From positions 1 through 24,586 of the IMG/VR virus record IMGVR_UViG_2698536454_000001: DNA of 24,586 nt, one strand, 5' to 3'. A program made the translations under genes and the position numbers. Positions 1-7,533 of the stretch are shown piece after piece. The notes beneath the pieces are model-generated. The model ran no database searches. It was not told where the DNA came from and worked only from the letters and a program-made list of their open reading frames with translations. The stretch comes from a virus (lineage: Duplodnaviria; Heunggongvirae; Uroviricota; Caudoviricetes). The stretch's first letter is position 1, and every line of letters starts with the position of its first letter.

Positions 1-1
1 C

Positions 2-307
2 TGGCTTTACGATGACCCGCTGGAGCTGGCTAAAGCTATCAGAAAAGGTCCTGACATGCCCGAATTCGATGGACCAACTCCGGTAACTCCGGATGGTTGG
101 ATAAGCTGTAGTGAGCGAATGCCGGATACCAAAACAGCCGTTCTTGTTGCCAAGGAGTTTGATAGGAAAGGTGACTGGCGAATGAAATGGGCGACTTACA
201 TCCCGGGGCATCCTGACGCTAATGATGGGTGGATAATTCCTGGGGCGTCGTGGAAACCGTCACACTGGATGCCGCTACCAGAACCGCCTCAGGAGGTTAA
301 GCCGTGA
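2..307 (+). CDS. DUF551-like phage protein (5' end outside window)
   Basis: Frame is open from the window edge to TGA 305-307. Trp/Pro-rich repeats (WISCSERMPD, DGWIIPGASWKP) resemble DUF551 proteins; family assigned from memory. Confidence 0.55.
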   Translation, partial: WLYDDPLELAKAIRKGPDMPEFDGPTPVTPDGWISCSERMPDTKTAVLVAKEFDRKGDWRMKWATYIPGHPDANDGWIIPGASWKPSHWMPLPEPPQEVKP

Positions 308-420
308 TTACAGCACTAGCATGGCATTTCAGTGAAAGCATTTATGGCTGGATGCTGGCAATTACAGCAATTCAGGATTTGGCAATCACATCGTTTATTT
401 TCAGCCTGTGCAGGAGGTGA
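304..420 (+). CDS. possible 38-aa hydrophobic small protein
   Basis: GTG 304 lies 7 nt after AGGAGG (291-296). Translation MITALAWHFSESIYGWMLAITAIQDLAITSFIFSLCRR is membrane-helix-like. Below the ORF-track length cutoff; overlaps the alternative long reading of 332..637. Confidence 0.3.
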   Translation: MITALAWHFSESIYGWMLAITAIQDLAITSFIFSLCRR

Positions 421-426
421 AGCCGT

Positions 427-637
427 GAGTAAGCACATTATCAAATATGACTATCGTGACGGCGCCAAGCTTGCAAAGCATGAAATGGAGACGTGGTGCG
501 GACATGTACCACAATTTTCAGACTGGCTTTTTCAGGATGCTCAGCATGCACTGTTGAGCATTGAGCAGGGTTCATTTCAGGTTCCGTGCAAGAATTGCCT
601 GGCTGCAATCATCAAAGCGGCGCAGGAGGTAAAGTGA
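427..637 (+). CDS. hypothetical phage protein (about 70 aa)
   Basis: GTG 427 is preceded by AGGAGG (413-418). Same frame as track ORF 332..637, so the start could instead be GTG 332 or ATG 344. No recognisable motif. Confidence 0.5.
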
Positions 638-759
638 TGAACAAGTGCAACGCTCTGCTTTATGCCATGGTGATTGGTTTCGGCCTGGCTGCTGGTATCC
701 GGGTTTATATTACCTGGGAGTCATTAATCAATCTGGCGTGGAGTGCGATTCGTGGCTAA
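637..759 (+). CDS. possible 40-aa small membrane protein
   Basis: ATG 637 overlaps the upstream stop (TGATG) and follows AGGAGG (623-628). Translation MNKCNALLYAMVIGFGLAAGIRVYITWESLINLAWSAIRG has one hydrophobic helix. Below the ORF-track cutoff. Confidence 0.35.
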   Translation: MNKCNALLYAMVIGFGLAAGIRVYITWESLINLAWSAIRG

Positions 760-1090
760 ATCCCCCGCAGAACGCAAAGCCGCGCAGCGCGCTCGGCAGT
801 CCGCCGCCGGTGAGCGCAAAATTGAACTGGTGCTGGATAAGCAGGAGCAGGAAATGCTGGCGCGGAACTGCGCCGCCCGGCGCCCTGGTCGCGATCCCTA
901 TGAAATGGCCGAGTACATCGCGCTGCTGATCCGCCAGGATGATGCACGTGTGCGCGGGCGCATAAAATCGATCAGCAGAAAACGTTGCGGTAAGTGCGGT
1001 GAGAGAGTTCCAGTTAATTCATGCCCGTGTAATGGTGACTCGCAATGCTGGGTGACTAAAGGCTGGCATGAAACGAAATTAATAGTGTGA
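752..1090 (+). CDS. hypothetical protein with basic N-terminal part and Cys-rich C-terminus (possible zinc ribbon)
   Basis: Track ORF 743..1090; GTG 752 has GGAGTG 7 nt upstream. Cys cluster RKRCGKCGERVPVNSCPCNGDSQC. GC-rich 5' half, ordinary 3' half. Confidence 0.55.
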   Translation: MAKSPAERKAAQRARQSAAGERKIELVLDKQEQEMLARNCAARRPGRDPYEMAEYIALLIRQDDARVRGRIKSISRKRCGKCGERVPVNSCPCNGDSQCWVTKGWHETKLIV

Positions 1091-1098
1091 CATGTCAC
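1087..1098. repeat. palindrome GTGACATGTCAC, copy 1 (overlaps the stop of 752..1090)
   Basis: Perfect 12-bp palindrome; shares an extended flank with copy 2. Confidence 0.9.
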
Positions 1099-1107
1099 GA
1101 AGGTGTT

Positions 1108-1320
1108 ATGCCAAAAATACGCTACGACCTTGAAGATATGAGAGATAACTCAGCAAATTTTCCGAAAGAGGTTAAATTTCTCATGCATAAGTATGGTTGC
1201 GCCAGGAGGGATATAGTTATCGACAGTCAGCACCCTTGCGGCGAGGATGTAATTTTCATTCGCGGTAAATGGGAAGGGTATCTTGACGAGAGTTTTTACG
1301 ATGAATTTGATGGACTTTGA
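1108..1320 (+). CDS. hypothetical phage protein (70 aa)
   Basis: ATG 1108 follows GAAGGTG; track ORF 1087..1320 begins at a GTG inside the palindrome. No recognisable motif. Confidence 0.5.
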   Translation: MPKIRYDLEDMRDNSANFPKEVKFLMHKYGCARRDIVIDSQHPCGEDVIFIRGKWEGYLDESFYDEFDGL

Positions 1321-1325
1321 ATACT

Positions 1326-1351
1326 GCCGCCAACTATGGCGGCTTTATTTT
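1326..1351 (+). terminator. intrinsic terminator
   Basis: GCCGCC-aactat-GGCGGC hairpin followed by TTTATTTT. Confidence 0.6.
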
Positions 1352-1385
1352 GCATGGTACTATTACCACAACGGTAACTATTACC

Positions 1386-1991
1386 ATGGTGGTTATGATG
1401 CCTGCTGAACCTAAAACCTATAAACGAAAATCAACGCAATTTAAGCCGCTCACAGCAATGCAGGAGGCTTATTGCCAGTCATACATCAAAACGCCTGAAA
1501 ACCAGACTCAGGCAGCGATTAATGCAGGATTCTCCCCAAATACAGCGGCAGTTAAAGCCAGTGTCATGATGCGCGATGAACGCATTCAAAAACGCATTGC
1601 CGAGTTGATGGAGGAGCGCAACAAACGAATGCGCGTCAGTGCTGATTACGTTCTCATGCGCCTGGTGGAGATCGACCAGATGGACGTGATAGACATCCTC
1701 AACGACGATGGGAGCCTTAAACCAATCCGTGAGTGGCCGAAAATCTGGCGCACTACGCTTAGTGGCTTTGATCTGTCATCGACCATCATGAACATGAACG
1801 AGGATTCGATAGAGACAATCCTCAAAAAAATTAAATGGCCTGACAAGGTGAAGAACCTCGAACTGATTGGTAAGCACGTCGACGTCAACGCATTCAAAGA
1901 ACGCCTGGATGTTAATGTGAATGTGACAATTGCTGATCGTATAGCGGCAGCCAGGAAGAGACTGAAAGAACGTCAGGATGGCAATCAGTGA
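1386..1991 (+). CDS. terminase small subunit
   Basis: Track ORF 1317..1991. Sits directly upstream of and overlapping (GTGA) the large terminase. N-terminal region (QAAINAGFSPNTAAVKASVMM) looks like the HTH-type DNA-binding part of Terminase_2/P27-like small subunits. Start uncertain among ATG 1386, 1395, 1398. Confidence 0.7.
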   Translation: MVVMMPAEPKTYKRKSTQFKPLTAMQEAYCQSYIKTPENQTQAAINAGFSPNTAAVKASVMMRDERIQKRIAELMEERNKRMRVSADYVLMRLVEIDQMDVIDILNDDGSLKPIREWPKIWRTTLSGFDLSSTIMNMNEDSIETILKKIKWPDKVKNLELIGKHVDVNAFKERLDVNVNVTIADRIAAARKRLKERQDGNQ

Positions 1992-3463
1992 CAGATACAG
2001 CGTTATCTCCTGAAGAGCAGTTAATCGAGGATATTGCAGGGTTCACTCACGATCCGCTTGGCTATGCCCTCTATGCGTTCCCGTGGGGGGAAGAGGGGAC
2101 TGAACTGGCACATGCTACCGGCCCACGTCAGTGGCAGGCTGATGCGTTCCGAGAGATACGTGATCACCTGCAGAATCCGGAGACGCGCTATCAGCCGCTT
2201 ATGCTGTCACGCGCTTCTGGTCACGGTATTGGTAAATCCGCATTTATCTCAATGCTGATCAACTGGGGCATGTCCACTTGCGAGGATTGTAAGGTCGTGG
2301 TGACCGCCAACACCGACAACCAGCTACGAACGAAGACCTGGCCGGAAATTATCAAGTGGTCGAACCTTGCTATCACGAAAGACTGGTTTACCTGTACCGC
2401 TACCGCGATGTACAGCAATGACCCTGGGCACGACAAGCGGTGGCGAGCTGACGCAATCCCCTGGTCTGAGCACAACACTGAGGCATTCGCCGGACTACAC
2501 AACGAGCGCAAACGCATCATCGTGGTATTCGATGAAGCGTCGAACATTGCGGATCTGGTGTGGGAAGTTGCTGAGGGTGCGCTTACGGACGAAGACACTG
2601 AGATTATCTGGGTGGCGTTCGGAAACCCTACACGTAACACCGGACGTTTCCGCGAATGTTTCCGCAAATATAAACACCGCTGGAAAACTGCGCAGATTGA
2701 CAGCCGAACGGTGGAAGGCACCAACAAACAGCAGTTGCAGAAATGGGTTGATGACTACGGGGAAGACAGCGACTTCGTTAAAATCCGTGTGCGCGGCATA
2801 TTCCCGGATGCATCTGAATTGCAGTTTATCCCTACCGGTCTTACTGATGAGGCAATGAAACGGGTGGTAACCGCTGCGCAGGTTGCACATGCTCCTGTGA
2901 TAATCGGCGTTGACCCGGCATACTCCGGCGTTGATGACGCTGTGATATACCTGCGGCAGGGTCTGCACAGTAAGGTGCTGTGGACTGGCAACAAGACCAC
3001 TGACGATCTGATAATGGCGAAGCGTATCGCTGACTTTGAAGACCAGTACCAGGCTGACGCGGTGTTCATCGACTTCGGTTACGGAACCGGTCTGAAGTCA
3101 ATCGGTGACGGTTGGGGGCGCACATGGCAACTTGTTCCGTTCGGTGGCGCGTCTACTGACCCGCAGATGCTCAACAAGCGCGGGGAGATGTTCAACTCAT
3201 GCAAGACATGGCTGAGGTTGGGCGGGATGCTGGATGACCAGGAGACAGCGGACGATCTGTCGGCGGCAGAGTACAAAGTTCGCGTGGACGGTAAAATCGT
3301 TATCGAACCGAAGGAAGATATCAAGGAGCGGCTTGGGCGTTCGCCGGGTAAAGGCGATGCGCTACTGCTGACGTTTGCGTTCCCTGTGTCGAAGCGTCTG
3401 CGAATTCCCGGGCAGCAGAACCAGCAAGGCAAGGCCATCACAGATTACGATCCCTATGCTTAA
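1988..3463 (+). CDS. terminase large subunit
   Basis: 491 aa. Walker A-like SRASGHGIGKSAF, Walker B-like IIVVFDEASNI, C-terminal acidic nuclease-type motif VIIGVDPAYSGVDDAVI. GTG start coupled to the small-subunit stop. Confidence 0.85.
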   Translation: MTDTALSPEEQLIEDIAGFTHDPLGYALYAFPWGEEGTELAHATGPRQWQADAFREIRDHLQNPETRYQPLMLSRASGHGIGKSAFISMLINWGMSTCEDCKVVVTANTDNQLRTKTWPEIIKWSNLAITKDWFTCTATAMYSNDPGHDKRWRADAIPWSEHNTEAFAGLHNERKRIIVVFDEASNIADLVWEVAEGALTDEDTEIIWVAFGNPTRNTGRFRECFRKYKHRWKTAQIDSRTVEGTNKQQLQKWVDDYGEDSDFVKIRVRGIFPDASELQFIPTGLTDEAMKRVVTAAQVAHAPVIIGVDPAYSGVDDAVIYLRQGLHSKVLWTGNKTTDDLIMAKRIADFEDQYQADAVFIDFGYGTGLKSIGDGWGRTWQLVPFGGASTDPQMLNKRGEMFNSCKTWLRLGGMLDDQETADDLSAAEYKVRVDGKIVIEPKEDIKERLGRSPGKGDALLLTFAFPVSKRLRIPGQQNQQGKAITDYDPYA

Positions 3464-3514
3464 TCCGCTGGTGGGGATAATGCTGCTGATATCCTCTGGT
3501 GAGGATAAAACAAA

Positions 3515-3537
3515 GCCAGCCCATGAGCTGGCTGTTT
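3515..3537. terminator. bidirectional intrinsic terminator between convergent genes
   Basis: GCCAGC-ccatga-GCTGGC hairpin with TGTTTG on the + side and an A-rich run (UUUGUUUUAU on the - strand) on the other. Confidence 0.65.
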
Positions 3538-3549
3538 GTGACATGTCAC
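3538..3549. repeat. palindrome GTGACATGTCAC, copy 2 (between the bidirectional terminator and the stop of 3554..3925)
   Basis: Perfect 12-bp palindrome, then GGTGTTAT. Confidence 0.9.
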
Positions 3550-3553
3550 GGTG

Positions 3554-3925
3554 TTATTGCTCGCTTAACTTCTGCTTCAGCAAGTAACCTTCAAGCATCC
3601 AGATTTTGTTTACGGCATTCTGCCGGGCAATCTTCCGACCAATTTCTGCATCAAAGTTTTCCTGGCTTGCACAGGCACTCTCTCCGGTGACGGTGAAGCC
3701 ATTGCGCAGCACCAGGACGCAGAACGTCAGCAGAGAAAGTGATTCGTGCGGCTGGTAGTTTACCTCTCCGCCAGTATGTTTCGCTTTTATGGCTTTGCCA
3801 AAGGCACCATCTTCTGCTGTGAAATATGCCTCCTGAGCAATAATGCCTTCGATATGGTCTGGCGTAACGCGCGGTGCCGTTTTGCCTTTCTCAACGATTT
3901 CTTTTTCGATTTGCTGGTCGTTCAT
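3554..3925 (-). CDS. conserved small phage protein (123 aa), possibly Gp49/Sf6 gp66-like
   Basis: ATG 3925 with AGGTGAG RBS. Family name is a weak recollection, not verified. Confidence 0.6.
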   Translation of the reverse strand: MNDQQIEKEIVEKGKTAPRVTPDHIEGIIAQEAYFTAEDGAFGKAIKAKHTGGEVNYQPHESLSLLTFCVLVLRNGFTVTGESACASQENFDAEIGRKIARQNAVNKIWMLEGYLLKQKLSEQ

Positions 3926-3936
3926 AATCTCACCTT

Positions 3937-3960
3937 AAAAAAATGCCCGGCGAACCGGGC
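3937..3960 (-). terminator. intrinsic terminator (minus strand) directly upstream of the 3554..3925 RBS
   Basis: GCCCGG-ttcg-CCGGGC hairpin followed on the minus strand by a run of seven U. Confidence 0.6.
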
Positions 3961-4123
3961 GAACTGGAAGCAATGAGTTATGCCTTCCGTGGCTGTACGG
4001 GTTTACAGCATGAAGTCATCGCAATGGCGTCCTGCTGTAAAAAGGGCGGTGATAGTCCTTCAAGGGAAACCATCACCGCCAAGCACCTGGAACTTCTGGC
4101 ATCACGGTCCTTAGGCGTGATTC

Positions 4124-4200
4124 TGGCGTGGCATGCAGGATTCGAACCTGCGACCAACCGCTTAGAAGGCGGTTGGTCTGTCCGACTGAGCTAATGCCAC
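4124..4200 (-). tRNA. tRNA-Arg (anticodon UCU), argU-like, with one C-C mismatch in the D-stem
   Basis: Reverse complement folds as a 77-nt cloverleaf: 7-bp acceptor stem GTGGCAT/ATGCCAC, anticodon stem ACCGC/GCGGT with loop CTTCTAA, T-arm GCAGG-TTCGAAT-CCTGC, encoded G-CCA 3' end. D-stem GCTC/GACC has one mismatch. Confidence 0.85.
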
Positions 4201-4627
4201 AACGCTGAGAGCACTTAGCCTGTTAAGGCACCACACTTTGTCGCGGCTCCATAAATGCTCTCATCGTTGTACCCTCGTCTCTTCCGAGGCGTCACACCGA
4301 ATCGCCGGGATGGTGAATCCCCGTGCGCGGAATAAAACCGCTCGACTTGCACATTCCGGCTACCTGGTTCGTTTGCCCGAGCAAGGGAGGGTGCCCCTTA
4401 AACGTATCCAGACCGCTATCGGCGCATGTGCCATACGCCGTACTGCTCAAAATAAAAGCTCACTCCACCTGTTCAATTTAACGACAAGCCAGTCAGGTTA
4501 GTAACCGGAATGAGCTCTTTGGTTACCTGAAAGGTAATAATTTGTGCGTTAAATGTCAACTATCTACGATAAATAAATCATATGTGGTTAAATTGGTAAT
4601 AATTTAATTGCGTACGGAGTCATTGAT

Positions 4628-4834
4628 ATGTGCATGGGTAGCTCACCATCAGTGCCTGCAACACCAGAAGTTCAGGCAGCACCACAGGAGCAGGATGCCG
4701 CCGTTGTTGATGCCCGCGACGAAGAAACACGTCGCCGTCGCGCTGCTGCTGGTCGTAGTTCTACGCTGCTTACCGGTTCTCAGGGCGACACATCAACCGC
4801 TAATACCAGCGGTAAAACGCTGCTTGGTCAGTAA
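4628..4834 (+). CDS. small Ala/Arg-rich protein (68 aa), first gene of the morphogenesis operon
   Basis: ATG 4628 follows GGAG; its initiation region CGGAGTCATTGA is duplicated before the portal start. Low-complexity sequence. Confidence 0.45.
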   Translation: MCMGSSPSVPATPEVQAAPQEQDAAVVDARDEETRRRRAAAGRSSTLLTGSQGDTSTANTSGKTLLGQ

Positions 4835-4848
4835 CCGGAGTCATTGAA

Positions 4849-6528
4849 ATGGCGGAAACAACTAAAGAGCGATTGAACAAACAGTTCGCACAACTTGAAA
4901 GCGAGCGTCAGTCGTTCGAGCCGCACTGGCGCGAGTTGAGTGATTACATCAACCCACGTGGTTCCCGCTTTCTGACTTCTGAGGTCAACCGTAACGATCG
5001 ACGCAATACACGCATTATTGATTCGACCGGGACTATGGCGGCGCGCACTCTCGCCAGCGGCATGATGTCAGGCATCACAAGCCCCGCGCGTCCGTGGTTT
5101 CGCCTGGCTACGCCAGATCCTGAAATGATGGATTATGGCCCTGTTAAGTTGTGGCTTGAGGCGGTGCAGAACCGCATGAACGATATGTTCAATAAGTCGA
5201 ATCTCTATCAGTCGCTGCCGCAGTTATACGGAAGCCTCGGCACATACAGCACTGGTGCAATGGCGGTGCTGGAGGATGACGAGGACATCATTCGCACAAT
5301 GCCATTCCCGATAGGCAGTTACTACTTGGCTAACTCACCTCGTGGCAGTGTGGACACCTGTTTTCGCAAGTTCTCTATGACTGTTCGTCAGCTTGTTCAG
5401 GAATTCGGACTAAATAACGTCAGCGAATCCGTAAAAAGCATGTGGGAAAGCGGCACCTACGAGAAGTGGATTGACGTGATGCATTCGGTTTACCCGAACA
5501 TTGACCGCGATACATCGAAGCTGGATAGCAAGAACAAGCCATTCAAATCGGTTTATTACGAGGTTGGTGGCGATAACGACAAGTTGTTGCGTGAGTCCGG
5601 ATTCGATGAGTTTCCAATTATGGCTCCGCGCTGGGAAGTTAACGGCGAAGATGTTTATGGATCATCATGCCCGGGTATGCTGGCGCTTGGACCTGTTAAG
5701 GCATTGCAGCTTCTCCAGAAGCGCAAGTCGCAGTTGATTGATAAAGCCACCAATCCGCCGATGGTTGCTCCGACTTCCCTCAAGAATCAGCGTGCCTCCC
5801 TTCTTCCTGGCGACATCACGTATATCGATCAGATTACTGGTCAGGATGGTTTCAGGCCTGCTTATCTGGTTAACCCTAGTACAGCAGATCTGGTGGCAGA
5901 CATTCAGGACACTCGCCAAATCATTAACAGCGCCTACTTTGTCGATCTGTTCATGATGTTGCAGAACATCAATACCCGCTCGATGCCTGTTGAAGCAGTG
6001 ATCGAAATGAAAGAAGAAAAACTTCTGATGTTGGGGCCGGTTCTGGAGCGTCTGAACGACGAATGTCTTAATCCTCTCATTGACCGCGCTTTCTCGATGA
6101 TGGTGCGTAAAAACATGCTGCCGCCACCGCCTGACGCGATGGAGGGTATGCCCCTGAAGGTCGAATACATTTCCGTCATGGCTCAGGCGCAGAAGTCTAT
6201 CGGCCTGTCCAGTCTGGCGTCTACGGTCAACTTCATTGGTCAACTTGCGCAAGCGAAACCAGAAGCTCTCGACAAACTCAACGTTGATCAGGCGATCGAT
6301 GCATTCGCTGATATGTCCGGAGTGTCTCCAACCGTCATTGTTCCGCAGGAACAGGTTGAGCAGGCTCGCCAGCAACGGGCACAGCAGCAACAGCAGCAAC
6401 AAATGATGGCGATGGGGATGGCGGCGGCACAGGGTGCCAAGACGCTAAGCGAAGCTAAAACTTCGGATCCGAGTGTTTTGTCAGCTATGGCGAATGCAGT
6501 TAGTGGTCAGGGTGGGCAATCACAATGA
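4849..6528 (+). CDS. portal (head-to-tail connector) protein, T7 gp8-like
   Basis: 559 aa. Gln-rich C-terminal tail (QQRAQQQQQQQMMAMGMAAAQGA...) and overall layout recall T7 gp8; followed by scaffold and capsid genes. Confidence 0.8.
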   Translation: MAETTKERLNKQFAQLESERQSFEPHWRELSDYINPRGSRFLTSEVNRNDRRNTRIIDSTGTMAARTLASGMMSGITSPARPWFRLATPDPEMMDYGPVKLWLEAVQNRMNDMFNKSNLYQSLPQLYGSLGTYSTGAMAVLEDDEDIIRTMPFPIGSYYLANSPRGSVDTCFRKFSMTVRQLVQEFGLNNVSESVKSMWESGTYEKWIDVMHSVYPNIDRDTSKLDSKNKPFKSVYYEVGGDNDKLLRESGFDEFPIMAPRWEVNGEDVYGSSCPGMLALGPVKALQLLQKRKSQLIDKATNPPMVAPTSLKNQRASLLPGDITYIDQITGQDGFRPAYLVNPSTADLVADIQDTRQIINSAYFVDLFMMLQNINTRSMPVEAVIEMKEEKLLMLGPVLERLNDECLNPLIDRAFSMMVRKNMLPPPPDAMEGMPLKVEYISVMAQAQKSIGLSSLASTVNFIGQLAQAKPEALDKLNVDQAIDAFADMSGVSPTVIVPQEQVEQARQQRAQQQQQQQMMAMGMAAAQGAKTLSEAKTSDPSVLSAMANAVSGQGGQSQ

Positions 6529-6821
6529 CAGATTACGAAGACGATCAACTGAAAGAAGAAAACGCCCGTAAGCAACGTGACATGGCGCAGCGTGAAATTG
6601 ATGACATTCGCTTTGTCATGAGCAGTGAACAGGGGCGTCGCGTTGTCTGGTCTGTGCTGGAGAAAGGCCGGGTGTTTTCCGCTATCTCTCCGATGGACGC
6701 TATGGCAATGGCATTTAATGAGGGGCAACGCAATCTGGCGCTGGAACTGTTTCAGCGCGTTATGGCGCATTGCCCTGAACAGTATTTGAAGATGGCCAAA
6801 GAGGCCAGTGAACAGGAGTGA
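6525..6821 (+). CDS. hypothetical head-assembly-region protein (98 aa)
   Basis: ATGA overlap with the portal stop; GGTGGG RBS; lies between portal and scaffold. Confidence 0.6.
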   Translation: MTDYEDDQLKEENARKQRDMAQREIDDIRFVMSSEQGRRVVWSVLEKGRVFSAISPMDAMAMAFNEGQRNLALELFQRVMAHCPEQYLKMAKEASEQE

Positions 6822-6823
6822 TC

Positions 6824-7519
6824 ATGAATTTATTTGAGCGTTTGCTGTATCGCCGTCTTTGCAATGAGCAACCAGTCGATGGTGGAGCAGCTCCGGCTGC
6901 GTCAGAACCGTCAGCGCCTGCAGGTGATAACCCTGCTCCAGTTGGTGATCCATCACAACAGGAAGGTGATAAGCCACAACCTGTTGCTGATGGCGATAAA
7001 CCTGCTGATGACAAAAAGCCTGAAAACGATAAGCAGGATGAAAAAAAGGACGGCGATAAACCAGAGGGGGCGCCTGAGAAGTACGAGTTTCAGGCTGCCG
7101 AAGGCGTAGAGCTGGATACAGAAGCGTTGAAGGAATTCGAGCCGGTGGCGCGAGAACTTAACCTGACCAACGAACAAGCGCAAAAGCTGGTTGATGCTTA
7201 TCCGAAGATTCTGGCAGGTGTTCAGCAGCGCCAGGCAGAAGCCTGGCAGAAAACAACCGAGCAGTGGGCTGCGGATGTAAAAGCTGACAAAGAAATCGGT
7301 GGCGACAAGTTGATTTCTAACCTTAGCGCCGCACAGCGTGCGCTTGACCAGTTCGGGACACCTGAACTCAAAGAATATCTGAACACCACCGGGCTGGGTA
7401 ATCACCCTGATCTGGTCAAGACGTTCGTGAAAATCGGAAAGGCGATGTCTGAAGATGGCATGGTCACCGGTGGTAATGAAGGCCAGCGTAGTGCGGCCGA
7501 AGTGCTCTATGGCAAATAA
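6824..7519 (+). CDS. capsid scaffolding protein (putative)
   Basis: Track ORF 6818..7519; ATG 6824 follows AGGAG. Acidic, Pro/Lys-rich N-terminal region, predicted helical C-terminus, positioned immediately before the major capsid gene. Confidence 0.6.
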   Translation: MNLFERLLYRRLCNEQPVDGGAAPAASEPSAPAGDNPAPVGDPSQQEGDKPQPVADGDKPADDKKPENDKQDEKKDGDKPEGAPEKYEFQAAEGVELDTEALKEFEPVARELNLTNEQAQKLVDAYPKILAGVQQRQAEAWQKTTEQWAADVKADKEIGGDKLISNLSAAQRALDQFGTPELKEYLNTTGLGNHPDLVKTFVKIGKAMSEDGMVTGGNEGQRSAAEVLYGK

Positions 7520-7533
7520 GAGAGGAAATGACA

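Noticed and set aside
1085-1099. Reading the GTGACATGTCAC palindrome as a CRP or FNR site
   Set aside because: The half-sites are separated by 2-4 bp, not the 6 bp of the CRP consensus (TGTGA-N6-TCACA) and not matching TTGAT-N4-ATCAA of FNR.
1317-1385. TTG start at 1317 for the small terminase, giving 23 extra N-terminal residues
   Set aside because: That start would lie inside the terminator hairpin at 1326-1351 and has no RBS; an ATG at 1386-1398 is more plausible.
4238-4501. 87-aa + strand ORF in the gap between the tRNA and the portal operon
   Set aside because: No ribosome-binding site, Arg-rich low-complexity translation, and it sits in a GC-rich region full of inverted repeats; more likely non-coding.
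5665-6402. 245-aa minus-strand ORF inside the portal gene; similar antisense ORFs at 6953..7534, 10073..10777, 2221..2727 and 16558..16947
   Set aside because: Entirely embedded antisense to well-supported structural genes, no RBS, low-complexity translations; typical shadow ORFs.
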